Shown here: positions 37,982-45,932 of the stretch, piece by piece | Layout of the letters: the number at the start of each line of letters is the position of its first letter | How positions within the stretch are numbered: position 1 is the stretch's first letter | Assembly: GCA_964619685.1 (NCBI GenBank) | Contig: CAZUET010000003.1 | Location: 1-45,932 of the forward strand | Length of the DNA stretch: 45,932 nt | Origin: an uncultured Christensenellaceae bacterium | GTDB lineage: Bacteria; Bacillota; Clostridia; Christensenellales; CAG-1252 | Direction: 5' to 3' | The notes under the pieces: generated by a model | The model's input: only the letters and a program-made list of their open reading frames with translations | Told to the model about the DNA's origin: nothing | Database searches by the model: none | Translations under genes and position numbers: made by a program

Positions 37982-39415
37982 ATGAAAAGAACGATATTGA
38001 CGATTATATTCGTTTTGCTTTGTGTATGTGTATTGGCTACCGTCAGTGCTTGCGGTACCTATATAGAAGCAAATAAGCCTATAAGCGGTAACACCGGTGG
38101 TAATACGGATGATCCGTCTAAGCCGTCGGGAGGGGATGAAACGGATGAGGATTCATTCTCTGTTACTCTTGATTACGAAGGCTCTATATCGCTTGTAGAT
38201 ATGAACATGATGCAGGCTAACTGGACAAATATGGAGAGTAGTAATGGAGCAACAACTACCGCATCGTTTAACAAGGATGGCGTCGCAACTATTAGTGGAT
38301 TGGATGGTGATTATAGAGTTACCCTTTCCAATGTTCCAGACGGATACACATATAATCCTAATATATATACCGCAGATAACGACGAAAAGAATATCAAAAT
38401 AAAATTATATGAGATAACTCCCGTAGGCGGTGGAAGAGCTGGTACAAACTGGTATAGCGATGTATGTGTAATATCCTCAATGGGTGCATATAGAGCGGTC
38501 CTTACTAAGGAAAACTACGAACACGGAATCCGTTTCCAATATGAACCGAAATATGCAGGCGATTATACTATCGAATCCATGATAGATATTACCGCAAATA
38601 AGATTAACCCATTTATAGATATGCATAGTGGTACTCGTTCATGGGTCAATGAGTTGAACTGGACAACTATGGACGGTGGCGGTGAAGAAAACACTTATAC
38701 TAAAAACTTTAAGTGGGAGGTTCAATTAGGCGCCAACGGTATCGGTAATGTGTTTAATTTTAGAATTTACGCAACATGTGTAAATGAAGATGCATTCCCT
38801 ATCAATGTTGACTTTATACTTGATAGAGATGGCGAATTTAGTGGCGGAAGAGATAAATACGATCGTACTAAGGTATATGCCGAGTTCGATTTCGAAGCAG
38901 CTTCATCCATAGCATTCTCGGGAATAAAAGGAAGCTATAAGTACTTCGGTATATCTGACGATAATGGATTGTTGGACGGTAATAGAGTTAAATATTTCGA
39001 GGATGACGGCTTCTATTATATAGTTGATAGCGAAGGAAAGAAGTCTAAGAGATTGTATGCACTGCTAGAAAAGGATCAAAGGTATTTCATAACTACCGAG
39101 AGTGGCGGAGGTATAAGTGAGATGCCTGTAAATTGGATAGAAGAGTACAGCGAGGAACTTGGTAAAAAGGTATATTTTGACTATACTGCATTCGTCGATT
39201 CGTACTGTGTGAAAGCAGAAAATGATGTATATCCTGTAACTAAGGAACTGCAGCTATTTTTACAACGCTTCTGTGTTGCAAACAGATACTTTAACGACGG
39301 TAACGGATTGGCAGAAAATACCTATGACGAGTCGACGGGTATATCTGCGCCGTTGTATAAGTCTACCGAAGCAAATCAGTGGCTATGCTTCTGCGTGTAT
39401 TTCGAATCGGCATAA
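37982..39415 (+). CDS. Lipoprotein of unknown function (~477 aa)
   Basis: GGAGG at 37967-37971 supports ATG 37982 over 37925. MKRTILTIIFVLLCVCVLATVSA|C lipobox; G/P/D/S linker; Cna-B-like segment FNKDGVATISGLDGDYRVTLSNVPDGY. Confidence 0.85.
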   Translation: MKRTILTIIFVLLCVCVLATVSACGTYIEANKPISGNTGGNTDDPSKPSGGDETDEDSFSVTLDYEGSISLVDMNMMQANWTNMESSNGATTTASFNKDGVATISGLDGDYRVTLSNVPDGYTYNPNIYTADNDEKNIKIKLYEITPVGGGRAGTNWYSDVCVISSMGAYRAVLTKENYEHGIRFQYEPKYAGDYTIESMIDITANKINPFIDMHSGTRSWVNELNWTTMDGGGEENTYTKNFKWEVQLGANGIGNVFNFRIYATCVNEDAFPINVDFILDRDGEFSGGRDKYDRTKVYAEFDFEAASSIAFSGIKGSYKYFGISDDNGLLDGNRVKYFEDDGFYYIVDSEGKKSKRLYALLEKDQRYFITTESGGGISEMPVNWIEEYSEELGKKVYFDYTAFVDSYCVKAENDVYPVTKELQLFLQRFCVANRYFNDGNGLAENTYDESTGISAPLYKSTEANQWLCFCVYFESA

Positions 39416-39428
39416 GGAGAAACGGACT

Positions 39429-41651
39429 GTGAAAAAGAATAATGTGAATAGAATAATAGCAATAGTGACCGTTTTGATCCTTGCAATTGCTTGTATGGTG
39501 ATAACCGGTGCATGCTCCCACCAGCATCAAGTTAATAAGTGGAAAACGATAAAGGAGCCGACTTGTTCGACCGAAGGACTTAAAAGAGGCGCATGCGTAG
39601 AGTGTGGTGATGTTATCGAAGAACCAATTCCTGCTGTTCCCGAAAACCATGTATACGGTGCTTGGGTTATAGAGGTCGAGCCTACCTATTCTCGCGACGG
39701 AGCCGGTAAAGCGGTAAAATATTGTAAGGATGATTCCGAGCATAAGATAGAGGTAGTTTTGCCAAGACTTACCTCTAATGGTGCAGGATACAGCTATTAT
39801 GAGGTTACCAAGGAAGCAACTGTTCTTGCTGAAGGACAGATAACTGCTGTGTTTAGTAATCCTGACGGAGATGTTGCATTTACTATTGCTACTGCTAAAA
39901 AGGAATTTGATCCCGAGAATTGTACGGTAGAAGATGCCGTATTGATCGGTTCAAGTAATAAAGACCTTATCCGTAGGGGTACAGGCTTAAAGGATATGGG
40001 TTGGGATACCACCGGACAGGGCAGTGTTGCATCTAAATTTAGTTACGAATACGGTGAGAATTATGTTCATACCTATGATTCTGATGACGATAGAGATCTC
40101 TGGTTCTCATTGACATCTACTGGCGATGTCTTTGGTGTAATTCGTCAAATAGGTGTGGACGGCTTTACCGTTCTCGAAAGATATGCCAAGGCAACAAAGG
40201 CAAATTTAGAGGGCTTTGACTATACAATCAGCCGTATAGGTCGCACTTTCTACGGTGCCGAGGGTTTAGTAAAATATGCATACGAATGGGGTAAGAGAAA
40301 TGACAACCTCGACTTTGAAGAGGGAATAACAAAGAATGCGGATGGAGAAAAGATTTATTTCTTCACATTCGGTTATTATAATGTACCGAGATATTTTTGT
40401 AAGATAGTATGTCAATTTACCTTAACCGATGACTATGCAATCAAATATGCAAAATTGTCTTCTAATGCGTATGTCAGAATTGTTGGCGAAGAGGGCGAAC
40501 TTGATCAGTTTGACGTTAATATTAACTCTAATAATCAAACCATTGTAACCCTTAAGCCTGATGCAGGTCCGCCGTGGTATAAGGAATTTGTTGAGTATAA
40601 TCAAGTAACGAAGAAAGAGGAACCCGAAGAACCGGTACATGAGTATACCGAAGAAGCGTTCATGATTTCGAGTTATGATATACAATATAATGGAAAATAT
40701 GTTACAGATGAAACAAAACTCTCATTCACTTGTGCAGATACCGGTAATCCGTTAAAGCTCAATATCAAGAATATCCTTCCGAAGACTGCGGATTTTAACT
40801 ATGATCCTTTAACAATATACCGTGTAAATGATAAGGGCGTTAGATTTAGGTTGTCATTTGATAATACCTCTCTTGTTTGGTATACACTTTCAGACAATAA
40901 TATTCTTAGAATATACAGTAAGATAGCAGGTGATATTACTTTAGTTTTGGTTACCAACAGTGGCTACGAAAGAACTATTGTAGTAACAGCCGAGCCTGCT
41001 TCTCCTGTTAATTTGTACCCATCTATATATGAGTATAACGATTCGGGCTATGTCTGGAAGAATACTGCCGATAAGAATTTAGATGCTAAGGTGTATGTAG
41101 GTCAATCGCTTACACTTACAGCGAATGTAGCTAACGATGAAAAAGCATATACGGATGCAACATTTACTCCAAGTATTGAGGGTAATCCGGTGGGTGCAAC
41201 AGTAAATGCGATTGAGGATAGCAATAATGTTAGATTTTTAGCAACCGTTGCAGGCACATATGTAGTCAAATTGACTTCTACTAAGAATAGCTATGTATAT
41301 GCAACCGTAACGGTAACTGTTGAAGATGCACCGTTAATGAGCGACCTATTGTCCGGTGATTATAGTGGTAAGCTTAAGAAAACCGATGTAACGGTTTCGT
41401 TCTCTGCACAGGATTCCGATGGAAAAGTGTTAGCGACAATATCCACCAATAAGGGTATAGAGATTGTATCTGTATACTATGATTCCGAGTATGGCGTGCT
41501 TGTATGTGAGCATTCTGACGGAATCGAGCTTGGAATAACACTTGAATTGAACGAAGCATATAAGCTTGTGATAGCTAATCCTACAGGATTTGGTAGCGGT
41601 AGGGAAAGATGTGTTATCTACCGCATCACCGCCGAGGATGAAACGGAATAG
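39429..41651 (+). CDS. Lipoprotein with N-terminal Cys/His repeats and C-terminal Ig-like domains (~740 aa)
   Basis: AAGGAG at 39414-39419 supports GTG 39429 over 39273. Signal KKNNVNRIIAIVTVLILAIACMVITGA|C. HQH..W....EPTCSTEG....CVECG..H.YG.W repeat; AGTYVVKLT..ATVTVTV Ig-like strands. Confidence 0.85.
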   Translation: MKKNNVNRIIAIVTVLILAIACMVITGACSHQHQVNKWKTIKEPTCSTEGLKRGACVECGDVIEEPIPAVPENHVYGAWVIEVEPTYSRDGAGKAVKYCKDDSEHKIEVVLPRLTSNGAGYSYYEVTKEATVLAEGQITAVFSNPDGDVAFTIATAKKEFDPENCTVEDAVLIGSSNKDLIRRGTGLKDMGWDTTGQGSVASKFSYEYGENYVHTYDSDDDRDLWFSLTSTGDVFGVIRQIGVDGFTVLERYAKATKANLEGFDYTISRIGRTFYGAEGLVKYAYEWGKRNDNLDFEEGITKNADGEKIYFFTFGYYNVPRYFCKIVCQFTLTDDYAIKYAKLSSNAYVRIVGEEGELDQFDVNINSNNQTIVTLKPDAGPPWYKEFVEYNQVTKKEEPEEPVHEYTEEAFMISSYDIQYNGKYVTDETKLSFTCADTGNPLKLNIKNILPKTADFNYDPLTIYRVNDKGVRFRLSFDNTSLVWYTLSDNNILRIYSKIAGDITLVLVTNSGYERTIVVTAEPASPVNLYPSIYEYNDSGYVWKNTADKNLDAKVYVGQSLTLTANVANDEKAYTDATFTPSIEGNPVGATVNAIEDSNNVRFLATVAGTYVVKLTSTKNSYVYATVTVTVEDAPLMSDLLSGDYSGKLKKTDVTVSFSAQDSDGKVLATISTNKGIEIVSVYYDSEYGVLVCEHSDGIELGITLELNEAYKLVIANPTGFGSGRERCVIYRITAEDETE

Positions 41652-41716
41652 TGAAATTAGCATTCAAAAGCACTTAGCATTTGCACTAAAAAATTAAAGC
41701 ATAATACACTTGTTTA

Positions 41717-41748
41717 AGGGACGACTATTAGTCGTCCCTCTTTTTTTT
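41717..41748 (+). terminator. Intrinsic terminator of the MoxR operon
   Basis: AGGGACGACTA-T-TAGTCGTCCCT followed by C and T8. Confidence 0.85.
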
Positions 41749-41770
41749 AAGCTAATGCATTGCCCTACGG

Positions 41771-41925
41771 GTTCGACTATAAACTTCGTTTTCCGCTCAG
41801 AGTGATATTAGATTCGGCAGTGCTTTTTATCATCTATTGTCATAATTTCCCGTCCTGTCATACCGAGCGAAGCGTAAGCGAAGTCGAACTGCGTAAGCAG
41901 TGCGAGGTGTAACCGAGCAGTATCT
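41771..41925. repeat. REP/MITE-like palindromic element pair with nested GNRA mini-hairpins
   Basis: GTTCGACT..CGCTCAGAGTGATA (41771-41807) is an imperfect inverted copy of TGTCATACCGAGCG..AGTCGAAC (41856-41889). Internal hairpins GC-GTAA-GC (41872-41879) and ACTGC-GTAA-GCAGT (41888-41901). GC-rich island in an AT-rich spacer. Confidence 0.6.
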
Positions 41926-42111
41926 TGGATGGTAACGCTCAACATTGTCAAACTAATGTCCGCCTTCAAAAAACAGCAAGCGTATATGGAAAGCTATTGC
42001 TATAACGAACATAAATGAAGACGGTGCGTGTATCACCCAAAATGAATAATAATTGCATATTATAAATATTCGATATTGTACCGAAATATTAGACAAAATA
42101 ACGACTATATA

Positions 42112-42292
42112 TGAATAAAAATACAATTACTCTATAAATATTGAATAAATATGCAAAAATGCCAATTTAAACTAAAAAATCGGCATTTTTTTTGCAAAAA
42201 TAATTATTTTTTTTTGTAATCGGTTGACTTAGGGTGGTTGTGGCGTAATATAATGAATTTATAATAGTTCTAAATTTGTGAATAAAAATTCG
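42112..42292. promoter_or_regulatory. Cluster of ARG-box-like (ArgR/AhrC-type) operators
   Basis: TGAATAAAAATACA (42112-42125), TGAATAAATATGCA (42142-42155) and TGAATAAAAATTCG (42279-42292), compared with the consensus TG(A/C)AT-wwww-AT(T/G)CA. Confidence 0.4.
42224..42254 (+). promoter_or_regulatory. Probable sigmaA promoter of the 1,140-aa lipoprotein gene
   Basis: TTGACT (42224-42229) with TAATAT at 16-bp spacing or TATAAT (42249-42254) at 19-bp spacing. The exact -10 box is ambiguous. Confidence 0.5.
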
Positions 42293-42334
42293 CATAGAGC
42301 TATTTTTAAAATAATTATTTAGGAGAATGTTATT

Positions 42335-45300
42335 ATGAAAAAATTTAGTATTGTAATCGCTATAGTTTTATGCATAGTACTCTCGGCTTGTTTATTTGTG
42401 GCTTGTCAATCCCATGAACATAACTTTGATGAATGGGGATATGACGAATCTAACCACTGGACGGTATGTTCCGAGGACGGTGTAAAAAACGAATCGAGTG
42501 TTGTACCTCATTTTGACAATGATAAGGATCATAAATGTGATCATTGTCATGTAGTTATGGGTGAATGTGGAGATGATGATAACGATCATAAATGTGATCA
42601 TTGTCATGCAGTTATGAGTGGATGTGTAGATGATGATAACGATCATTCCTGTGATATTTGTGGTGCTCAATTATCTCTATGCTATGATAGTGATAATGAC
42701 CATAAGTGTGATAAATGTAGTAAAGTTATAAGTAAATGCTTAGATGATAACAAAGATCACAAATGCGATATCTGTGGTAAGGAATCTGAATGTGTAGATA
42801 GCAATAAAGACCATAAGTGTGATGTTTGTAATGAAGTTTTGAGCGAGTGCTCCGATTCTAATAAAGACCATAAGTGTGATGTTTGCTCTGCAGATATGGG
42901 CGAGCACAAGGCTGACGAAGGTTCTCATAACTGTGACTATTGTGGCGAGGCTGTGAGCGAGTGCTCCGATTCTGATAATGATTATCTCTGTGATATCTGC
43001 GGTAAGGAAATAGTACCCGATGATCATGAGCATCAATTTGTATTTGACCCTAAACTTGAAAATGACTTAGCTCCAACATCAAAAGAAGATGGACATTGCC
43101 GTTTGTCCTGTTCCGTAGAAGGTTGTGGTCTTGAAAGAGTTGTCGTTCTTAAGTTCTTGAATATCGATGTTCCTGTAAGTGTTACCGCTGCTCCAAATGA
43201 GTATGTATATTTCTTCATGGAAAAAAGTTATGCGGAAGATATAGAGGTACCCGAAAGGGCTGCGTTTGTAATTGGTGAAGGAACAACGTTAGAGTACCTT
43301 ACATATCGTACCATTGATCCGGATTCATGGACATTTGTTGTTGAATGCTTAAATGAAGAATTGACTAATGGAACATATACCTTTGCTGATGATCCCAGTG
43401 CAATTTTGCTTAGAGCATGTGCATCTGACGGTAATATATCTTTCGAAATGAAGTCGCCGCAAGGCTCAAGCAGTTCTAATCCTATCGTTATGGAAAAGGG
43501 AAGACTTTACGAAGGAGACGTAAAGGGCGAACTGTATTATAAGTATACGGCATCTCAAGACGAAGAACTTGAGCTTTATAATGGTAATGCTACATATCTT
43601 GAAGGTGCGTCAAGTTATATTTATACATATAACATTATAAACTTAAAAGCAAATGAATCGATAAGCTTTTCTATATCGTGGTCAAGTTATAGCATAAAAA
43701 TTTCTGATAAAGATCCTAATAAATCATATCAGGGATATACGCCGTATGATCCGATTATAATGAATAGCGATACATTGGTCGTTGATAACGAGATTTCAGG
43801 ATCCTATTTCTATAAATATGTAGTACCTAAGGATGGAAGAATGTCTATTATGTTTAACGATAAGGCTGTTGAAGCAATATATGATAGCTACGGATCATTA
43901 CCTATACAAGTAATAGATTCAAACGGACAATTCTACTTCCAGCTTCCTTATTTATCAAAAGATGACGTTATCATAATCAATGTCGGTGGCTCATATGAAA
44001 ACGGCTTCAAGCTAAGTGTAGACTTTACACCGCTTACAGCAGTAGATAATAAGTTTATTGTAACCGATAGTAATGGCGATCCAATGGCTAATATTACTGT
44101 ATCATTGCTTGATGCGGACGAAATAAAATACAGTGGTAAGACCGCAGCCGACGGAAGTGTTGTTTTTAATTACATTCCTGCTTCATATGATGTTCAATTG
44201 TCCGGATTCGATGCTGATATATATAGCTATAAGCCAATTTCTGTAAGTTGGGATGCAGAAGATCCTAAAACAGATTTAGGTCAAGAGTATACTATTAAGT
44301 TAATTTCGCCTGTTAGCAGAAATGTATTTGTTAAATTCGGCGATGTAGTTCTTCCCGGTGTAGATGTAGTTCTTTATACAGGCAGATTAAGAGATGGTTC
44401 ATTATCAGGAGAGATAGCAAGAGCAACAACTGATGAAAATGGTAAAGCTGTACTTTCATATATGATGCCCGAACAAGGTTCATCCCTCTATATTGGACTT
44501 GAAAACTTAAATCCTAAGTATACATTTGGTAGCTTGAAGGTGACTAAAGATAACCTAAGCGATGCTACAGTATCTGTATCCGAAGCACCTAAATATACCG
44601 TTTCTGTTGTAATACCGGACGGAATGGATATTGATTTTGCCGATCTATCGATATCGTGTTCATATACCGTTTATAGTTGGTATGGTGATCCCGAAACTGA
44701 GGTTATTGCAGAAGGAAAATTAAGTGCAGATGGTAAATTTGAGTTCTATTACTCACTAAATGATATGTCTGATATTGACATAGTAGTTAGTGGCCTACCA
44801 TTTGATGTTGACGGTGTTGGTGTTATTGTATATGGTCAATATTCCGGAGAGGTAACATTGAAGAAAGCAACCTTAACAGCACTTAATGTTGGCGAAAACG
44901 AGATAAAACTTGATCTTGACGAGGAAACATACCAATGGCCTTCGATTAAGTATGTATTCACAGCGGAGAAGGATGGTAAATACACCATAGCACTTGATGA
45001 TAAAATTGGTTTTGCATTTGTAAAGGATTCAAAAGGAAACTTTGTTTTATCTCAAAATCTTGATATGTTATCTTATACATTCAATGCATCTCAAGGAGAT
45101 AAGGTATTCTTTGTTGCATCATCTAATAATGATGAAGCATACTCTCATAGCTTTACATTGACGATTACGGAGTATGTAGCGCCTGTTCTTCCTACCTTGA
45201 ATAGTGGTGAAAATGAGATTACGGTAACTCCGTTCGAAGATCCGATATCCTATATTTTCACATCTGAAGAGGGTGGTATTTACACTATCACTTTGGTTGA

Positions 45301-45757
45301 TGATGAAGGCTATGCCGAAGTCATTTATGGAGAGGGCTTTTTTGATTGCCTTATGAGTTGTCCCGAAGAACCCGATATGGAAGTATTAACTTATTCATTC
45401 TCATTGGGTGCAGGTGATAGCATTATTATTTATTTTGCTTCAGAAAATGAGGAGTTAGAATCGCACGAGTTTGTTTTGAATATTGAAAAATCTCAATTAG
45501 CAACATCTCTTGCTCTTTCTAATAATTTGGTAGAAGGAACATATTTTGGTACTACTCTTACATTTACAGCAGAGGAACAAGGTAACTATATAATATATTC
45601 ACTTGATGAAAACTACTTTGTTGAGATTGATGGAGAATTTATTAGCGATTCTCATAGATTTTCACTTGAAGCAGGTGAATCTATTGATTTCTGTTTTTCA
45701 ACCCTTGATGCTTCAGATAGCGATATTTATGTTGTAGTAATAGAAAAATTATCATAA
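42335..45757 (+). CDS. Large acidic lipoprotein (1,140 aa) with Cys/Asp/His repeats and tandem beta-sandwich domains
   Basis: AGGAG RBS at 42321-42325. MKKFSIVIAIVLCIVLSACLFVA|C lipobox. Nine DxDxDHxCDxC-type repeats. Cna-B/carboxypeptidase-regulatory-like segments (VTDSNGDPMANITVSL; TTDENGKA). Three C-terminal repeats L..G.N.I...(Y/L).FT(A/S)E..G.Y.I. Confidence 0.9.
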   Translation: MKKFSIVIAIVLCIVLSACLFVACQSHEHNFDEWGYDESNHWTVCSEDGVKNESSVVPHFDNDKDHKCDHCHVVMGECGDDDNDHKCDHCHAVMSGCVDDDNDHSCDICGAQLSLCYDSDNDHKCDKCSKVISKCLDDNKDHKCDICGKESECVDSNKDHKCDVCNEVLSECSDSNKDHKCDVCSADMGEHKADEGSHNCDYCGEAVSECSDSDNDYLCDICGKEIVPDDHEHQFVFDPKLENDLAPTSKEDGHCRLSCSVEGCGLERVVVLKFLNIDVPVSVTAAPNEYVYFFMEKSYAEDIEVPERAAFVIGEGTTLEYLTYRTIDPDSWTFVVECLNEELTNGTYTFADDPSAILLRACASDGNISFEMKSPQGSSSSNPIVMEKGRLYEGDVKGELYYKYTASQDEELELYNGNATYLEGASSYIYTYNIINLKANESISFSISWSSYSIKISDKDPNKSYQGYTPYDPIIMNSDTLVVDNEISGSYFYKYVVPKDGRMSIMFNDKAVEAIYDSYGSLPIQVIDSNGQFYFQLPYLSKDDVIIINVGGSYENGFKLSVDFTPLTAVDNKFIVTDSNGDPMANITVSLLDADEIKYSGKTAADGSVVFNYIPASYDVQLSGFDADIYSYKPISVSWDAEDPKTDLGQEYTIKLISPVSRNVFVKFGDVVLPGVDVVLYTGRLRDGSLSGEIARATTDENGKAVLSYMMPEQGSSLYIGLENLNPKYTFGSLKVTKDNLSDATVSVSEAPKYTVSVVIPDGMDIDFADLSISCSYTVYSWYGDPETEVIAEGKLSADGKFEFYYSLNDMSDIDIVVSGLPFDVDGVGVIVYGQYSGEVTLKKATLTALNVGENEIKLDLDEETYQWPSIKYVFTAEKDGKYTIALDDKIGFAFVKDSKGNFVLSQNLDMLSYTFNASQGDKVFFVASSNNDEAYSHSFTLTITEYVAPVLPTLNSGENEITVTPFEDPISYIFTSEEGGIYTITLVDDEGYAEVIYGEGFFDCLMSCPEEPDMEVLTYSFSLGAGDSIIIYFASENEELESHEFVLNIEKSQLATSLALSNNLVEGTYFGTTLTFTAEEQGNYIIYSLDENYFVEIDGEFISDSHRFSLEAGESIDFCFSTLDASDSDIYVVVIEKLS
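42509..43010 (+). repeat. Nine tandem ~57-bp coding repeats, consensus (C/H)xDx(D/N)xDHKCDxC
   Basis: Units: HFDNDKDHKCDHC, CGDDDNDHKCDHC, CVDDDNDHSCDIC, CYDSDNDHKCDKC, CLDDNKDHKCDIC, CVDSNKDHKCDVC, CSDSNKDHKCDVC, HKADEGSHNCDYC, CSDSDNDYLCDIC. Adjacent units share DNA identity such as AATAAAGACCATAAGTGTGATGTTTG x2. Confidence 0.92.
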
Positions 45758-45779
45758 TTATTAAATAACAAAATAATTC

Positions 45780-45814
45780 AAATGGGCAGACGACGTCGTC
45801 TGTCCATTTTTTTT
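45780..45814 (+). terminator. Intrinsic terminator
   Basis: AAATGGGCAGACGAC/GTCGTCTGTCCATTT near-perfect palindrome (one G-U pair) running into T8, 22 bp after the stop codon. Confidence 0.88.
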
Positions 45815-45886
45815 GTAATATTAGTTGATTATTGGATAATTTGATTGCCTAAATCAAAATAATTTGTTGTTTTAATCTGTTTTCTA

Positions 45887-45915
45887 TTGAGATTTTAATG
45901 AATTAATTGTATAAT
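45887..45915 (+). promoter_or_regulatory. Probable sigmaA promoter for a gene beyond the window end
   Basis: TTGAGA (45887-45892), 17-bp spacer, TATAAT (45910-45915). A second TGGTATAAT lies at 45917-45925. Confidence 0.5.
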
Positions 45916-45932
45916 ATGGTATAATATATATT

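Noticed and set aside
42536-42610. Two CxxCH motifs (CDHCH) suggesting a multiheme c-type cytochrome; also CSVCH in the first CDS
   Set aside because: The other seven repeats have CxxC followed by G, S or N, so the His is a variable position. No cytochrome c maturation genes are in the window.
42509-43010. Regular ~57-bp periodicity as a possible CRISPR array
   Set aside because: The units are degenerate at synonymous positions, keep frame inside a lipoprotein ORF, and have no unique spacers or cas genes.
3773-43218. The many short antisense and alternate-frame ORFs in the track, including the 212-aa ORF at 21475-22113
   Set aside because: All are nested in long, motif-supported + strand genes and show no recognisable motifs; they are shadow ORFs.

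Overview
AT-rich bacterial DNA in genetic code 11 (TGA is used as a stop at 33378-33380). It most likely comes from a low-GC Gram-positive (Bacillota/Clostridia-like) organism; this is inferred from sigmaA-type promoters, GGAG ribosome-binding sites and lipoprotein signals. Nearly all coding sequence is on the + strand and encodes cell-surface proteins. From left to right: (1) the 3' end of a membrane-anchored Cys/His-repeat protein; (2) a mobile-DNA scar made of IS3-like end fragments, a perfect-palindrome terminator, a tRNA 3'-end-like att fragment and a decayed large serine recombinase C-terminus; (3) a three-gene operon encoding a ~7,535-aa repetitive adhesin-like protein (InlB B-repeat, MBG/YDG and GLUG-like modules, no C-terminal anchor), a ~1,289-aa C-terminally anchored surface protein and a small BspA-type LRR protein; (4) a seven-gene operon: 3-TM protein, MoxR AAA+ ATPase, DUF58, BatA-VWA, double-VWA membrane protein and two lipoproteins; (5) a REP/MITE-like structured repeat and ARG-box-like motifs; (6) a 1,140-aa lipoprotein with nine Cys/Asp/His repeats. 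The best candidate for an undescribed system is the MoxR-VWA trans-membrane module placed among giant and metal-ligand-rich surface proteins and sharing upstream motifs with them. No complete tRNA, rRNA or CRISPR array was seen. All family assignments come from motif recognition by eye, not database searches.
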